In this document: positions 37,173 to 46,418 of the stretch, in pieces | Numbering within the stretch: position 1 is the first letter of the stretch | Layout of the letters: every line of letters begins with the position of its first letter | NCBI GenBank assembly: GCA_964346815.1 | Contig: CAYFWF010000003.1 | Location: 181,559 to 245,558, forward strand | Length of the DNA: 64,000 nt | Origin: an uncultured Eubacteriales bacterium | GTDB lineage: Bacteria; Acidobacteriota; Aminicenantia; Aminicenantales; Aminicenantaceae | Reading direction: 5' to 3' | Program-made: the position numbers and the translations under genes | The notes under the pieces: generated by a model | Seen by the model: only the letters and a program-made list of their open reading frames with translations | Database searches by the model: none | Told to the model about the DNA's origin: nothing

Positions 37173-37242
37173 TAATCTCAAGAAATTAAACGAATTACGA
37201 GTTGGCATGTTATTTGCTAACACATGATGTGAGGAGGCGGGC

Positions 37243-37431
37243 ATGACAAAGATGATCAACAAATCAAAGGAGAACCTCAAAAAGCATTTTCGTACGATCG
37301 GAATTTCAGGAGTTCTGTGTTCTTGGATAACCATGGCTTTGGTATGGTTCGGTGTGGCCACTGCATCTTATGTCAGTTATTGTCTGACCGCAGGGCTTTT
37401 CGGATTGGCTATTATGGCGGGTAAAAACTAA
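37243..37431 (+). CDS. small (62 aa) membrane protein, hypothetical
   Basis: Strong SD GAGGAGG 7 nt upstream of ATG. Two predicted TM helices (ISGVLCSWITMALVWFGVATASYVSYCLTAGLFGLAIMAG). Confidence 0.4.
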   Translation: MTKMINKSKENLKKHFRTIGISGVLCSWITMALVWFGVATASYVSYCLTAGLFGLAIMAGKN

Positions 37432-37478
37432 CAATCTGTTTTTTCATATTTTAAGAGGGTTGTGGTAGTATGGGGTAA

Positions 37479-38024
37479 ATGGCAGAGCCCCATCCTTTTT
37501 CGTTGGTTAAACTGGTTTGCGGAATCATAGCAAACGAGGAAAGAGCTTTTCAGCGTTCTAGAGAGAAGCTGGCCCGATATTATGGTGCGATCGATCTTGA
37601 GAGTGCGCAATTTTCTTTCGATTTGACGGATTACTATGAGAGACAGATGGGAAAAGGTTTGAAGAGGCAATTTATCAGTTTCGAGAAGCTCATCTCTCCT
37701 ACATCGTTAAGCGAGATAAAGCTGCAGACAATTGGGTTGGAAGTCGAGATGAAAGAAGAGCTCAAAGCGAGTCACAGGATTGTCAACCTGGATCCTGGAT
37801 ATCTCACTTCCTCCGCGCTGGTCATGGCTACGGCTAAGGACTTTGCCCACCGTATCCCTCTTCAGCATGGGATATATGCACACCTTGAACTCTTGTTCGG
37901 CAAGAATGAAGTGAGAACTCTGGATTGGACATATCCTGATTATAGAAAGGGTGGATACCAGGATTTTTTTTTAAGAGTTCGGCGGATCTATCTAGCCCAA
38001 CTGAAAAAAAAGCCTGGGAATTAA
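37479..38024 (+). CDS. conserved hypothetical protein (possibly DUF4416 family)
   Basis: 181 aa, soluble, no catalytic motif recognised. DUF4416 assignment is from memory of the family and is weak. Confidence 0.35.
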   Translation: MAEPHPFSLVKLVCGIIANEERAFQRSREKLARYYGAIDLESAQFSFDLTDYYERQMGKGLKRQFISFEKLISPTSLSEIKLQTIGLEVEMKEELKASHRIVNLDPGYLTSSALVMATAKDFAHRIPLQHGIYAHLELLFGKNEVRTLDWTYPDYRKGGYQDFFLRVRRIYLAQLKKKPGN

Positions 38025-38061
38025 CAGGAGCATCGGCATTTTTGTGAGTTCTTCAGGCCAA

Positions 38062-39219
38062 TCACTCTTCGTCTATATCCAGGGCAGAGATTTCTCTAAG
38101 CTTTTTGACAATTTCAGGAAGCTCGCGCAGCACTACGGCCACGTCTTCCTCTGTATTGAATCGGCCTAAAGACATGCGGACCGAAGATCTGGCGATCTCG
38201 GGTTTGAGTCCGATGGCACTCAGGACATGTGAGACTTCCTCCGAGTCTTCACTACAGGCTGAGCCTGTGGAGACATAGATATCTTTAGTGGCTAAGGATA
38301 AGAGGATGGCTTCGGCCTCCAATCCGTAGAAAGCAAAATTCAATGTCCCTTTGATCCTCTCTGTTTCGTGTCCGTTGAATTTCACTTTTGGAATATTATC
38401 TTCGATCCCTTTCTTCAACCGATCGGACAGCTTTTCGATGTGCTTCTTTTCTTTATCTTTCTTTTCCATAAGAATTCTGACAGCTTCTCCAAAACCAACG
38501 ATGCCAATGGTGTTCTCCGTTCCAGCTCGCATGAGCCTTTCTTGGTGACCGCCGTAAATCAAAGGCATGATATTCGTGCCTTTTCGGATATAAAGCGCGC
38601 CGATTCCCTTGGGACCATAGATTTTATGGGCAGAAATCGATAGGAGGTCCACTCCCAATTTGTCCACATTGACATCGATTTTCCCGAAGCTCTGGACAGC
38701 ATCGGTGTGTACAAGAACTCCTCTGTCTTTCGCTATTTTTACCACTTCTTCGATGGGTTGGATGGTGCCCAACTCATTGTTGGCATGCATGATGGAGATG
38801 AGAGCTGTTTGGGAGGTGATGGACTTTTCCAGTGACTCGAGATCGATCATACCATGTGAGTCAACGGGCACGAACGTCACTTTTTTGCCTTTTCTCTCAA
38901 GATAGTAAGCTGTTTCCATGACGGCAGGGTGTTCTATCGCCGATGTTATGAATTCGTTTTTCTCAGGAGAAGCGTCAAATATTCCCCTTATGGCAAAGTT
39001 GTCCGCTTCTGTACCTGAGCCGTTGAAGAAAATTTCGGTCCTCTTGGCTGCCAATGCTTTCGCGATCGTCTCCCGGGATTCAGTGATGATCTCTTTTACC
39101 ACCCGTCCAATGGGATAGAGTGAAGAAGGATTCCCGAAATGTTCCTTCAGAAATCCCGACATTTTTTCACAGACTCGAGGGTCGAGTGGAGTCGTTGCAT
39201 TATTGTCTAAGTAAACCAT
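38062..39219 (-). CDS. cysteine desulfurase (NifS/IscS-type class V aminotransferase)
   Basis: YLDNNATTPLDP N-terminus, PLP-lysine region SAHKIYGPKGIGALYIRKG, and GGHQERLMRAGTENTIGIVGFGEA (matches IscS GGGQERGLRSGTEN). Confidence 0.85.
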   Translation of the reverse strand: MVYLDNNATTPLDPRVCEKMSGFLKEHFGNPSSLYPIGRVVKEIITESRETIAKALAAKRTEIFFNGSGTEADNFAIRGIFDASPEKNEFITSAIEHPAVMETAYYLERKGKKVTFVPVDSHGMIDLESLEKSITSQTALISIMHANNELGTIQPIEEVVKIAKDRGVLVHTDAVQSFGKIDVNVDKLGVDLLSISAHKIYGPKGIGALYIRKGTNIMPLIYGGHQERLMRAGTENTIGIVGFGEAVRILMEKKDKEKKHIEKLSDRLKKGIEDNIPKVKFNGHETERIKGTLNFAFYGLEAEAILLSLATKDIYVSTGSACSEDSEEVSHVLSAIGLKPEIARSSVRMSLGRFNTEEDVAVVLRELPEIVKKLREISALDIDEE

Positions 39220-39246
39220 GACCGATTTTAGAAACTGTTTCGATAC

Positions 39247-40161
39247 TTACGCTTTCAGCCGCTCCTTGATGATTTTAACCACCTCAAAACCCGCTCTTTT
39301 TTGACCTTCTTTGGCAGCCGCTCCAATATGAGGGGTGGCCAATACATTCGGATGATCTATGAGAGCAAAATCATCCGGAGGTTCTTTCTCAAAAACATCG
39401 ATGGCCGCTGCCCTGACTTTGCCCGACTCGAGCGCGGTCAAGAGGGCTTTCTCGTCCACTGTTCCTCCCCGGGAAGCATTGATCAGGATCACTCCATCTT
39501 TCATCTTGGAAAATTCTTGGTCGCTGATAAGATGCCTCGTCTCCTTTGTCAAAGGAAGGTGAAGAGTAATCAGATCGGATTGTGACAGGAGTTCGTCAAG
39601 GTTGACCTGTTTGATGTCCACATCTGTCTGGCAGACGATGATATCAAAGACTAAGACTTTCATCCCGAAGGCAAGTGCACGTCTGGCTACTTCACATCCA
39701 ATCCGTCCGCCTCCTATGATCCCCAATGTTTTTCCATACAGCTCCGTACCTGAAAAAGCCTTTTTCTCCCATTTGTGCTCCTTCATCGAGATGTTCGCCC
39801 TGCCGTGATTGCGTACGGCTGCCAGCATCAAGCCAAAGGTGTGTTCAGCTACAGAAATTGTGGTGGCGGCTGGGGTGTTCGCGACTTGGATGGACTTTTC
39901 TTTTGCGGCTGCCACATCGATGTTGTCCAGACCGATGCCCGCTCGGATTATGAGTTCCAGGTTCGAAGCAGCATCGATAACGTTTTTTGTAACTTTCGTG
40001 GCTCCGCGGACTACGGCCGCATGGAACGCAGGAATGGTTTTGATGAGTTCTTCCTCGTCCATTCCTGTCTTTACAGTGACTTCCAGATTCGGCAGGGATT
40101 TCAGGTCCTCAAGAGCTTCAGGGTTCATCGGATCGGCGATGAGTACTTTCTTCATTCCCAA
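39247..40161 (-). CDS. D-isomer-specific 2-hydroxyacid dehydrogenase, D-3-phosphoglycerate dehydrogenase-like (short form, no ACT domain)
   Basis: NAD-binding GIIGGGRIGCEVARRA. 304 aa. Sits between two class V aminotransferase-fold genes (serine-pathway-like arrangement). Confidence 0.75.
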   Translation of the reverse strand: MGMKKVLIADPMNPEALEDLKSLPNLEVTVKTGMDEEELIKTIPAFHAAVVRGATKVTKNVIDAASNLELIIRAGIGLDNIDVAAAKEKSIQVANTPAATTISVAEHTFGLMLAAVRNHGRANISMKEHKWEKKAFSGTELYGKTLGIIGGGRIGCEVARRALAFGMKVLVFDIIVCQTDVDIKQVNLDELLSQSDLITLHLPLTKETRHLISDQEFSKMKDGVILINASRGGTVDEKALLTALESGKVRAAAIDVFEKEPPDDFALIDHPNVLATPHIGAAAKEGQKRAGFEVVKIIKERLKA

Positions 40162-41297
40162 TTCTCCTTTAAAACCTCTTCCGCGGCTTCGATAGCCTTT
40201 CCGGTCTCGAAATCATAACCAAGCTCTGATAGAGTCATTTCCATAGCGCTTATAGCTGTGATGATATCGAATCCTCCCATGTATCCCAAATGGGCAATCC
40301 GGAAGAATTCCCCTTTATGGGGATCTTGAGCGCCTGCAATATAGGCGCCGTACTTTCCCTGCATAAGCTTAACGAACTGGACTCCATCGATTCCTGATGG
40401 AATTTTAACCGCTGTCAGGATGTTCCCCGGATTCTTGGAGAGGAGCTGGAGACCTATAGCCTGAACAGCGGAACGTGCCGCATCTCCGAGGATACGATGA
40501 TGTTCAAAGAGCTTCTCCAAACCCAAAGATTTGATGATTTCTAACGCCTTCTTCTGTTGTACGATGAGACTGACGGCTGGAGTCCAGGGAGTGGTTCGTT
40601 TTCCGATGCTCTTTTTAGCTGCTTTTGCGTCAAAATAGAATTTTGGCATGGTGGATTTTTCGACCAAATCCCAGGCCTTAGGACTGAAGGCGATATAGGC
40701 TAGGCCGGGGGGGATCATGAACGATTTTTGGGAACCTGCGACCAATATGTCGACTTTCCATTCATCCATGGGGCAGGGAGTAGCGCCGAGTCCTGAAATC
40801 CCGTCTACAGCGAGGATGGCATCCGTATCAGCAATGACTTCTCCATAGCCTTGGATGTCATATATGGTTCCAGAGGATGTTTCCGAAAGAGTAGAGAAGA
40901 CAGCTTTCGTGTCAGGCTGAGCCTGAAGTTCTTCAGCAAGCTGTTCTTTGGTGAAGGGTTCACCCCAATCGAGCTCGATCTCCTTGACTTCTGCTCCATA
41001 GGCGCGGCAGATTTTTCCCCATCTCTCGCCGAATTTCCCTCCGTTCAAAGTGATCACTTTGTCTCCCGGACAAAGGGCGTTCACTACGGCAGTCTCCATA
41101 GCTCCGGATCCAGATGATGTCAGGATGAAGACATCCTGTTCTGTCTGGTACACATACTTGAGACCCTCTGTTGTCTCTATGAAAATTTCTGAAAATTCTG
41201 GAGTGCGGTGATGGATGATCGGCTCGGCAGCGGCCGAAAGCACCTTCTCCGGAACAGGAGTAGGGCCAGGAGAAAGCAAATAATATTTTTTTATCAT
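40152..41297 (-). CDS. class V aminotransferase (serine-pyruvate/alanine-glyoxylate or archaeal-type phosphoserine aminotransferase family)
   Basis: LLSPGPTPVPEKVL N-terminus typical of the AGXT/SerC-like family. 381 aa. Overlaps the dehydrogenase gene by 10 nt. Confidence 0.75.
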   Translation of the reverse strand: MIKKYYLLSPGPTPVPEKVLSAAAEPIIHHRTPEFSEIFIETTEGLKYVYQTEQDVFILTSSGSGAMETAVVNALCPGDKVITLNGGKFGERWGKICRAYGAEVKEIELDWGEPFTKEQLAEELQAQPDTKAVFSTLSETSSGTIYDIQGYGEVIADTDAILAVDGISGLGATPCPMDEWKVDILVAGSQKSFMIPPGLAYIAFSPKAWDLVEKSTMPKFYFDAKAAKKSIGKRTTPWTPAVSLIVQQKKALEIIKSLGLEKLFEHHRILGDAARSAVQAIGLQLLSKNPGNILTAVKIPSGIDGVQFVKLMQGKYGAYIAGAQDPHKGEFFRIAHLGYMGGFDIITAISAMEMTLSELGYDFETGKAIEAAEEVLKENWE

Positions 41298-41392
41298 ATA
41301 TGTCCTCCTTTCTTGAACACGAGAAAAAATTGAGCAAGAAAAAAATCGTTATTATGACTCATAAAAGTAGCAAAAATCCTTAAGTCCGTCAA

Positions 41393-42529
41393 TTAAAGTT
41401 GACGCAGGAGTTCGGTGAGCAGTGCAGTCCTCTGGATAAGGGAGGAAAGAACGAGATGTTCATTCTCAGCATGTATTCCCTCTCCATCCGGCCCCAATCC
41501 ATCGACTGTAGCGATGCCCAAGCTGGAAGCGATGGAGGCATCTGAGCCCCCTCCTGTTTTTCCTGTCTCAAGGGACATCTTGAATGTAGCATCTGCGATT
41601 TCCCTGATCCGAGAGAGAAGCTTCATAGATGCATCGGTTTTTTCCATCGGAGGAGTCGAGCTTTCGACAGTGGAGCGGATTTTCGCTCCAGGACGAACGG
41701 GTTTCAACTGCTTGAGTGTATCTAAGATCTTTTGTTTGTGCATATTTGTCCAGAATCTCAAATCCAATGTAGCTGTGGCCTTCTCTGGGATGATGTTCGC
41801 TTTCTCTCCGCCACTGATCAATCCAGTGTTCAATGTCGTCCCCTTTGTCCTTCGCAATTTTTTTAAAGATTTAAGCTGATCCATGAGTTCCTCTATGGCA
41901 TTTATCCCTTTTTCAGGAGTCCCGGCATGGGCTGCTTTACCCGTTACATCGAAACGTATGACCAACCGTCCCTTTCTCTGTGTTTTCAGCTTGCCGCCCG
42001 GCAGAGAGGGCTCGAGACAGAGGACACACTGGGATTTTCTAGCTAGTTTTTGGATTATTTCATAAGCAGCCTCATTCCCGATTTCCTCTGCCGAATTGAT
42101 GAATAGGATGATATTTTTTTGAGTTTCAATGTTTAAATCGCGCAAAGTTTTCAAGGCGTATACAGCCATGATCAATCCTGCTTTCATATCCAGTACACCA
42201 GGACCGTATACATTTTGGCCGCTCAAATAAAAAGGCATATTTTGTATTTTCCCCAAGGGCCAAACAGTATCGATGTGGGTCAGCACAAGAATGTTTTCCT
42301 TTTTCTGTTCGGATTTCAACGCCGGATAATGGACAGCATACAGATCTCCGATTTTCTTTTGGGGGTATCGAGTGATTTTCGTGCCGATATTTCTAAATTC
42401 TCTAAGGATAAACTGGGAGCATTTATCCACTGCTTTCTTATCTGATGAAGGTGACTCGAGATGAACGATCTCTTTCAGCAGATTGACCATTTCCCCTTGA
42501 CGAGATCTGAAATAATGCATGAATTCCAT
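41393..42529 (-). CDS. M20-family metallopeptidase (ArgE/DapE/carboxypeptidase G2-like)
   Basis: LVLTHIDTVWP (metal-binding His/Asp region) and GVLDMKAG motif. 378 aa. Confidence 0.75.
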   Translation of the reverse strand: MEFMHYFRSRQGEMVNLLKEIVHLESPSSDKKAVDKCSQFILREFRNIGTKITRYPQKKIGDLYAVHYPALKSEQKKENILVLTHIDTVWPLGKIQNMPFYLSGQNVYGPGVLDMKAGLIMAVYALKTLRDLNIETQKNIILFINSAEEIGNEAAYEIIQKLARKSQCVLCLEPSLPGGKLKTQRKGRLVIRFDVTGKAAHAGTPEKGINAIEELMDQLKSLKKLRRTKGTTLNTGLISGGEKANIIPEKATATLDLRFWTNMHKQKILDTLKQLKPVRPGAKIRSTVESSTPPMEKTDASMKLLSRIREIADATFKMSLETGKTGGGSDASIASSLGIATVDGLGPDGEGIHAENEHLVLSSLIQRTALLTELLRQL

Positions 42530-42690
42530 AACCTCTCCTCATGAATCGCAAGATAGTGTGAGGGTCATCAGATCCTCATTTTTAAAATAATGTATCACAG
42601 CTTCACGCAAACTTAAAACGATATTTTTACGGGATAGATTTTTCAGGTGAAAGGTTTGACTTAACTTCGTTATTTAGGCATCATCAAACT

Positions 42691-43314
42691 ATGGGAAAAA
42701 ACGCGAAGCTCTTTTCGATGATCCTGGTCCTGTTTTTTTTCTTCGTCCCCGCGAATGCAGATTTCCCGACCTTCAGCTTGCACGCCAAGATAGGTCGTGG
42801 CTCTCCTGTCGAAGGACACATTCATTCAGGTTTTTCTGGAGCATTCGGATTAGCCTTGCACTTCGACAGGCAAATTTCTGTTTCTATCGATATCGGTTCA
42901 TGGAGAAGCCCTGTCGATGAAAAATCCGATGAGATGTTCGAGGGAAAGTTAACCTTGATCCCCATTCTTGTTTCTCTCAAGTATTTCTTTTCACTGGAAA
43001 ACAGGGTCCATCCCTATGTGAGCGTTGGCGGGGGTTATGTTTTTACCCGCTTCAGGATGGATAATATCATCACAATTCCTGAGATAACCATCAGCCAGGA
43101 GATCAGGAGTGGAGTAGGGATCCATGCCGGATTAGGCGCTGTAGTGAAAATTTCGAAATCTTTTGGATTGGAGGCTGAAGGGCTCTATATCTTTCGGAAT
43201 TCCAAGGGAGTCACCACAATTTCAGATATGAATTTCGGATCGAGCTCCGAGGAATTTTCCGTAAGGCTCCATACGGTCCTGTTTCAGGTGGGGATAATCT
43301 ATTTCTTCGATTGA
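42691..43314 (+). CDS. small outer-membrane beta-barrel protein (OmpW/OmpA-beta-barrel-like)
   Basis: Signal peptide MGKNAKLFSMILVLFFFFVPANA. Alternating hydrophobic pattern and C-terminal GIIYFFD ending in aromatic residues. Confidence 0.55.
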   Translation: MGKNAKLFSMILVLFFFFVPANADFPTFSLHAKIGRGSPVEGHIHSGFSGAFGLALHFDRQISVSIDIGSWRSPVDEKSDEMFEGKLTLIPILVSLKYFFSLENRVHPYVSVGGGYVFTRFRMDNIITIPEITISQEIRSGVGIHAGLGAVVKISKSFGLEAEGLYIFRNSKGVTTISDMNFGSSSEEFSVRLHTVLFQVGIIYFFD

Positions 43315-43323
43315 GGCACGCTG

Positions 43324-43599
43324 ATGAATATTTTTTCGCTTTTGCTCCTGCTTTTCATCGCATCTCTTGCTGGAGCGGTCGGGGCAAGGATTGCCGGAAG
43401 AAAGGGAATGGGATGTTTGGCTTCGATTGCCTTAGGCTTTATCGGAGCACTAATAGGCACCTTTATCGCCCGTCAGTTCGATCTTCCTCTTTTTCCTTGG
43501 ATAAAATTCGGATCTCAACCGTTTCCGATAGTCTGGGCAGTAATCGGAGCAGCTCTTTTCGTGGCATTCTTGAATCTTTTCAGCAGAACGCCAAAATAG
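43324..43599 (+). CDS. GlsB/YeaQ/YmgE-family small membrane protein
   Basis: 91 aa with the family's Gly-rich helices LLFIASLAGAVGARIAG…LGFIGALIGTFIA. Confidence 0.8.
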   Translation: MNIFSLLLLLFIASLAGAVGARIAGRKGMGCLASIALGFIGALIGTFIARQFDLPLFPWIKFGSQPFPIVWAVIGAALFVAFLNLFSRTPK

Positions 43600-43604
43600 C
43601 CGCA

Positions 43605-44783
43605 TTAAGAAAAAAGTGCCAGAACTTTTTTGTAGGTATTGGTCACTCCCCTGACTGCCCTTCCAAAGCATTTCTGTTTGAGCTTTACAGCATGAAACCG
43701 ACAGACTTCATGACAGCACATACAGTGTATGCAGCATGATCGGTCTATCGAGGCCGCCTTATCTTGTTTCCGAGCAGCTCCTGCAGGACAGATATCGACA
43801 CATTCCCAACAACCCGTGCATCTCTTTTTGATTATTTCAGGCATCAGTATCAGTTGATCTTGAACAAAGGCATGAAGGAAGGCTGGGATTCTTCTTCGGA
43901 TCAGCCCTACGGCGATAGAAGATTGTCTGAAATCTTTAACTCTGACATCCTGTATTTTCTCTCCGAGGATGTCGATCTTTTCTAACTGTCCGGTGCCGAG
44001 CCCCCTTTCGGACGCAAATTGGGTGGTCAGGACATCGAACGGATCCAGACCAATGATTTTGGATGCCACCGCATCCAAGGCTGGAGCGTCAAGGCTGGCG
44101 AGGATGAGATTCACTCTCTTGGGATTGCCCGCAGATGGTCCCTCTCCCTCCATCGCGACAATGGCGTCCATGATATTCAGATTGGGGGGTGCACAGGAAA
44201 AAATATCAACGAGCATCTGGCTGAAAAGCTCGTTTTTAAAAAATTGGCGGTGGTAGCTGCTCCGTAGACCATGTGGGATAATACCATACATATTTTTTAC
44301 AGCTCCAGTGAAAACTGTGAAAGAGTGTGTCTTTAATTTGGGGAGGTTGATGAGGTAATCTGATTCGAGCACGAGAGGGGAGACAAAGGCTTCTTTCAAG
44401 ACTTTCCCCTCTAATCTGATTCTTCTAAAGCCTGTTTCCTTGAGATTCACGAGACGAATACCGAGTTCGTTACAGAGCTCACGATAGCCTGAAATCTGGA
44501 ATCCGTTTTTTTGTTTTGCCTGGATGTCGTCTCCAACAGTGATTGTACACCCCATGTCCTTCAGGAGAAGAAGGACTTCCCTGGTGAATGCGGGATGCGT
44601 GACAATGGCTTCTTCAGGCGGCGAAGGAGGGGACAGGTGATTGATTTTGACGAAAACATGGGATCCTGGCCTTACGATATTTTCTAATCCCCCCAACAGG
44701 GAGAGCGCCTGAACCAGCGCTTGATGCAGGATGCCGCTCCGATACTTATGAATTCCTCGAAGAGAAACTTTTGCATGTTTCAC
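43605..44783 (-). CDS. DUF362-domain protein fused to a C-terminal 2x[4Fe-4S] ferredoxin domain
   Basis: DUF362 core NLPKLKTHSFTVFTGAVKNMYGIIP. C-terminal CTGCWECVDICP and CIHCMCCHEVC cysteine clusters. Confidence 0.65.
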   Translation of the reverse strand: MKHAKVSLRGIHKYRSGILHQALVQALSLLGGLENIVRPGSHVFVKINHLSPPSPPEEAIVTHPAFTREVLLLLKDMGCTITVGDDIQAKQKNGFQISGYRELCNELGIRLVNLKETGFRRIRLEGKVLKEAFVSPLVLESDYLINLPKLKTHSFTVFTGAVKNMYGIIPHGLRSSYHRQFFKNELFSQMLVDIFSCAPPNLNIMDAIVAMEGEGPSAGNPKRVNLILASLDAPALDAVASKIIGLDPFDVLTTQFASERGLGTGQLEKIDILGEKIQDVRVKDFRQSSIAVGLIRRRIPAFLHAFVQDQLILMPEIIKKRCTGCWECVDICPAGAARKQDKAASIDRSCCIHCMCCHEVCRFHAVKLKQKCFGRAVRGVTNTYKKVLALFS

Positions 44784-44946
44784 GATTCGCCGGGTATTAT
44801 ATCAAAGTCCCTTCCCTGATTTATAGTCGTCACTGGCAGACATCTGCTTCCCTCCGGATACACCTTGTCTGGCACCGAAAGCAATCCTCGCTGAGAGGGG
44901 AATGCTGATCCTCTGAGTTGACTTCCCGGCAAGAGTCTATTAGTGT

Positions 44947-46302
44947 TTGCCTATGAGCATCGGGATCATCGCTGGTGAAATCGCTTTTCTTCTTCTCGTT
45001 TTATTCTTTACCTGGTTTGCCGTCACCAGTCTTGCGGAAAAAGAGAGGAGAGCTTTTGCTCGGAGTCTTTTCTTTCTGTCAGGTGTTACCGCTGGAGCCG
45101 TCTTTCTGGTTCTGTTTCCCCTCCCGCTGAAGCCCTGGATAATGGGATTCATTGCGGTACTTGTGGGATTTTTTTCGCTCTGGCTTCTGTTGTCTCCAAT
45201 TCCGAAAAAATACCTGGAAGCCATTGGCGCACAAAAAAAAATCGATGAGAGAGATGTGATTTTTTCCCGATTCGATTATGAAGAAGGAAGTCCGATCCTG
45301 CAAGATTACTACAAAAGGCGTCCGGAGTACGAATCCATGGATAGAGAAATCAGAGAGCTGCCCGATCTTCTCACTCCTGCACACCAAAAAAAAGATCCCA
45401 TTCTTTTCTCGTTAGCAGATTCTGAGTTTGATTTTCTCGAGCATCAGCTCAATTTGGTTCAAGGGGAAAAAAATCCGAGAAGACTGGAACTCTCTTCTCC
45501 ACAGAACACCCGGATCGTCAAAAGCATCGTCAGATATTTGGGATCAGACCAGTGCGGCATTTGTCCGCTTGACCAGGCTTATGTCTACTCCCATGTAGGA
45601 AGGGGCCCCGAGCCTTACGGCAGAGAGATCAGATTAGATCATAAGTATGCCATCGTGTTTGCAGTGGAGATGGACCTGGCCATGGTCTCTTCTGCTCCCC
45701 GGTCTCCTGTGATCGCAGAGACGGCCAAGAAGTATGTCGAAGCTGCCAGGATATCTATCGTTACGGCCGATTTCATCAGACGTCTGGGTTATCCGGCAAG
45801 AGCTCATATCGCGGGCAGCAATTATCAATGCATGCTTCCTCCCTTGGGATGGATAGCTGGGTTGGGCGAACTGGGGAGACTTGGGATTTTAATAACGACC
45901 AAATATGGCCCTCGTGCGAGGTTGGGACTTGTCACAACTGATCTGCCGCTGATCGCCGATGAAAAAAAGGTATCGGGAATCCAGGAATTTTGTGAAAAAT
46001 GCCAAAAATGCGCCAGTAACTGTCCATCTCAAGCTATACCCTATGGACACAAAAAAGAGGAGAACGGGTCGCTTCGTTGGATACTGAATCGTGAGGAGTG
46101 TTACAGGTACTGGCGAAAAGCAGGGACGGATTGCGCCATGTGTATTTATGTGTGTCCCTACAGCAAGCCGGATAACTCCTTCCATAATTTCATCAGGAGA
46201 CTCAATTCCGCATCCTCCAGTGCTCAGACTTTGTCTGTTTGGGGAGATGATTTTTTCTATGGACGCGTCCCCTCGAGAAGAAAATCTCCGTTGTCGTTCT
46301 GA
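44947..46302 (+). CDS. reductive-dehalogenase/epoxyqueuosine-reductase (RdhA/QueG) superfamily Fe-S protein with N-terminal 3-helix membrane anchor
   Basis: Three N-terminal TM helices. VKSIVRYLGSDQCGICPLD resembles the RdhA/QueG ARFLGADLVGIA motif. C-terminal CEKCQKCASNCP (Cx2Cx2Cx3CP) and CYRYWRKAGTDCAMCIYVCP (Cx10Cx2Cx3CP), the spacing characteristic of RdhA/QueG. Confidence 0.6.
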   Translation: MPMSIGIIAGEIAFLLLVLFFTWFAVTSLAEKERRAFARSLFFLSGVTAGAVFLVLFPLPLKPWIMGFIAVLVGFFSLWLLLSPIPKKYLEAIGAQKKIDERDVIFSRFDYEEGSPILQDYYKRRPEYESMDREIRELPDLLTPAHQKKDPILFSLADSEFDFLEHQLNLVQGEKNPRRLELSSPQNTRIVKSIVRYLGSDQCGICPLDQAYVYSHVGRGPEPYGREIRLDHKYAIVFAVEMDLAMVSSAPRSPVIAETAKKYVEAARISIVTADFIRRLGYPARAHIAGSNYQCMLPPLGWIAGLGELGRLGILITTKYGPRARLGLVTTDLPLIADEKKVSGIQEFCEKCQKCASNCPSQAIPYGHKKEENGSLRWILNREECYRYWRKAGTDCAMCIYVCPYSKPDNSFHNFIRRLNSASSSAQTLSVWGDDFFYGRVPSRRKSPLSF

Positions 46303-46418
46303 CTCGATGGCTCCAGCCCTCTGATTTGACACTCCCTTTTTAATGATATATATGGAGAAAAAGAAGGATTTATATGAAAAGGGCGATCTGCATAAAACTG
46401 TCTCAATAGGGGAAAGAA

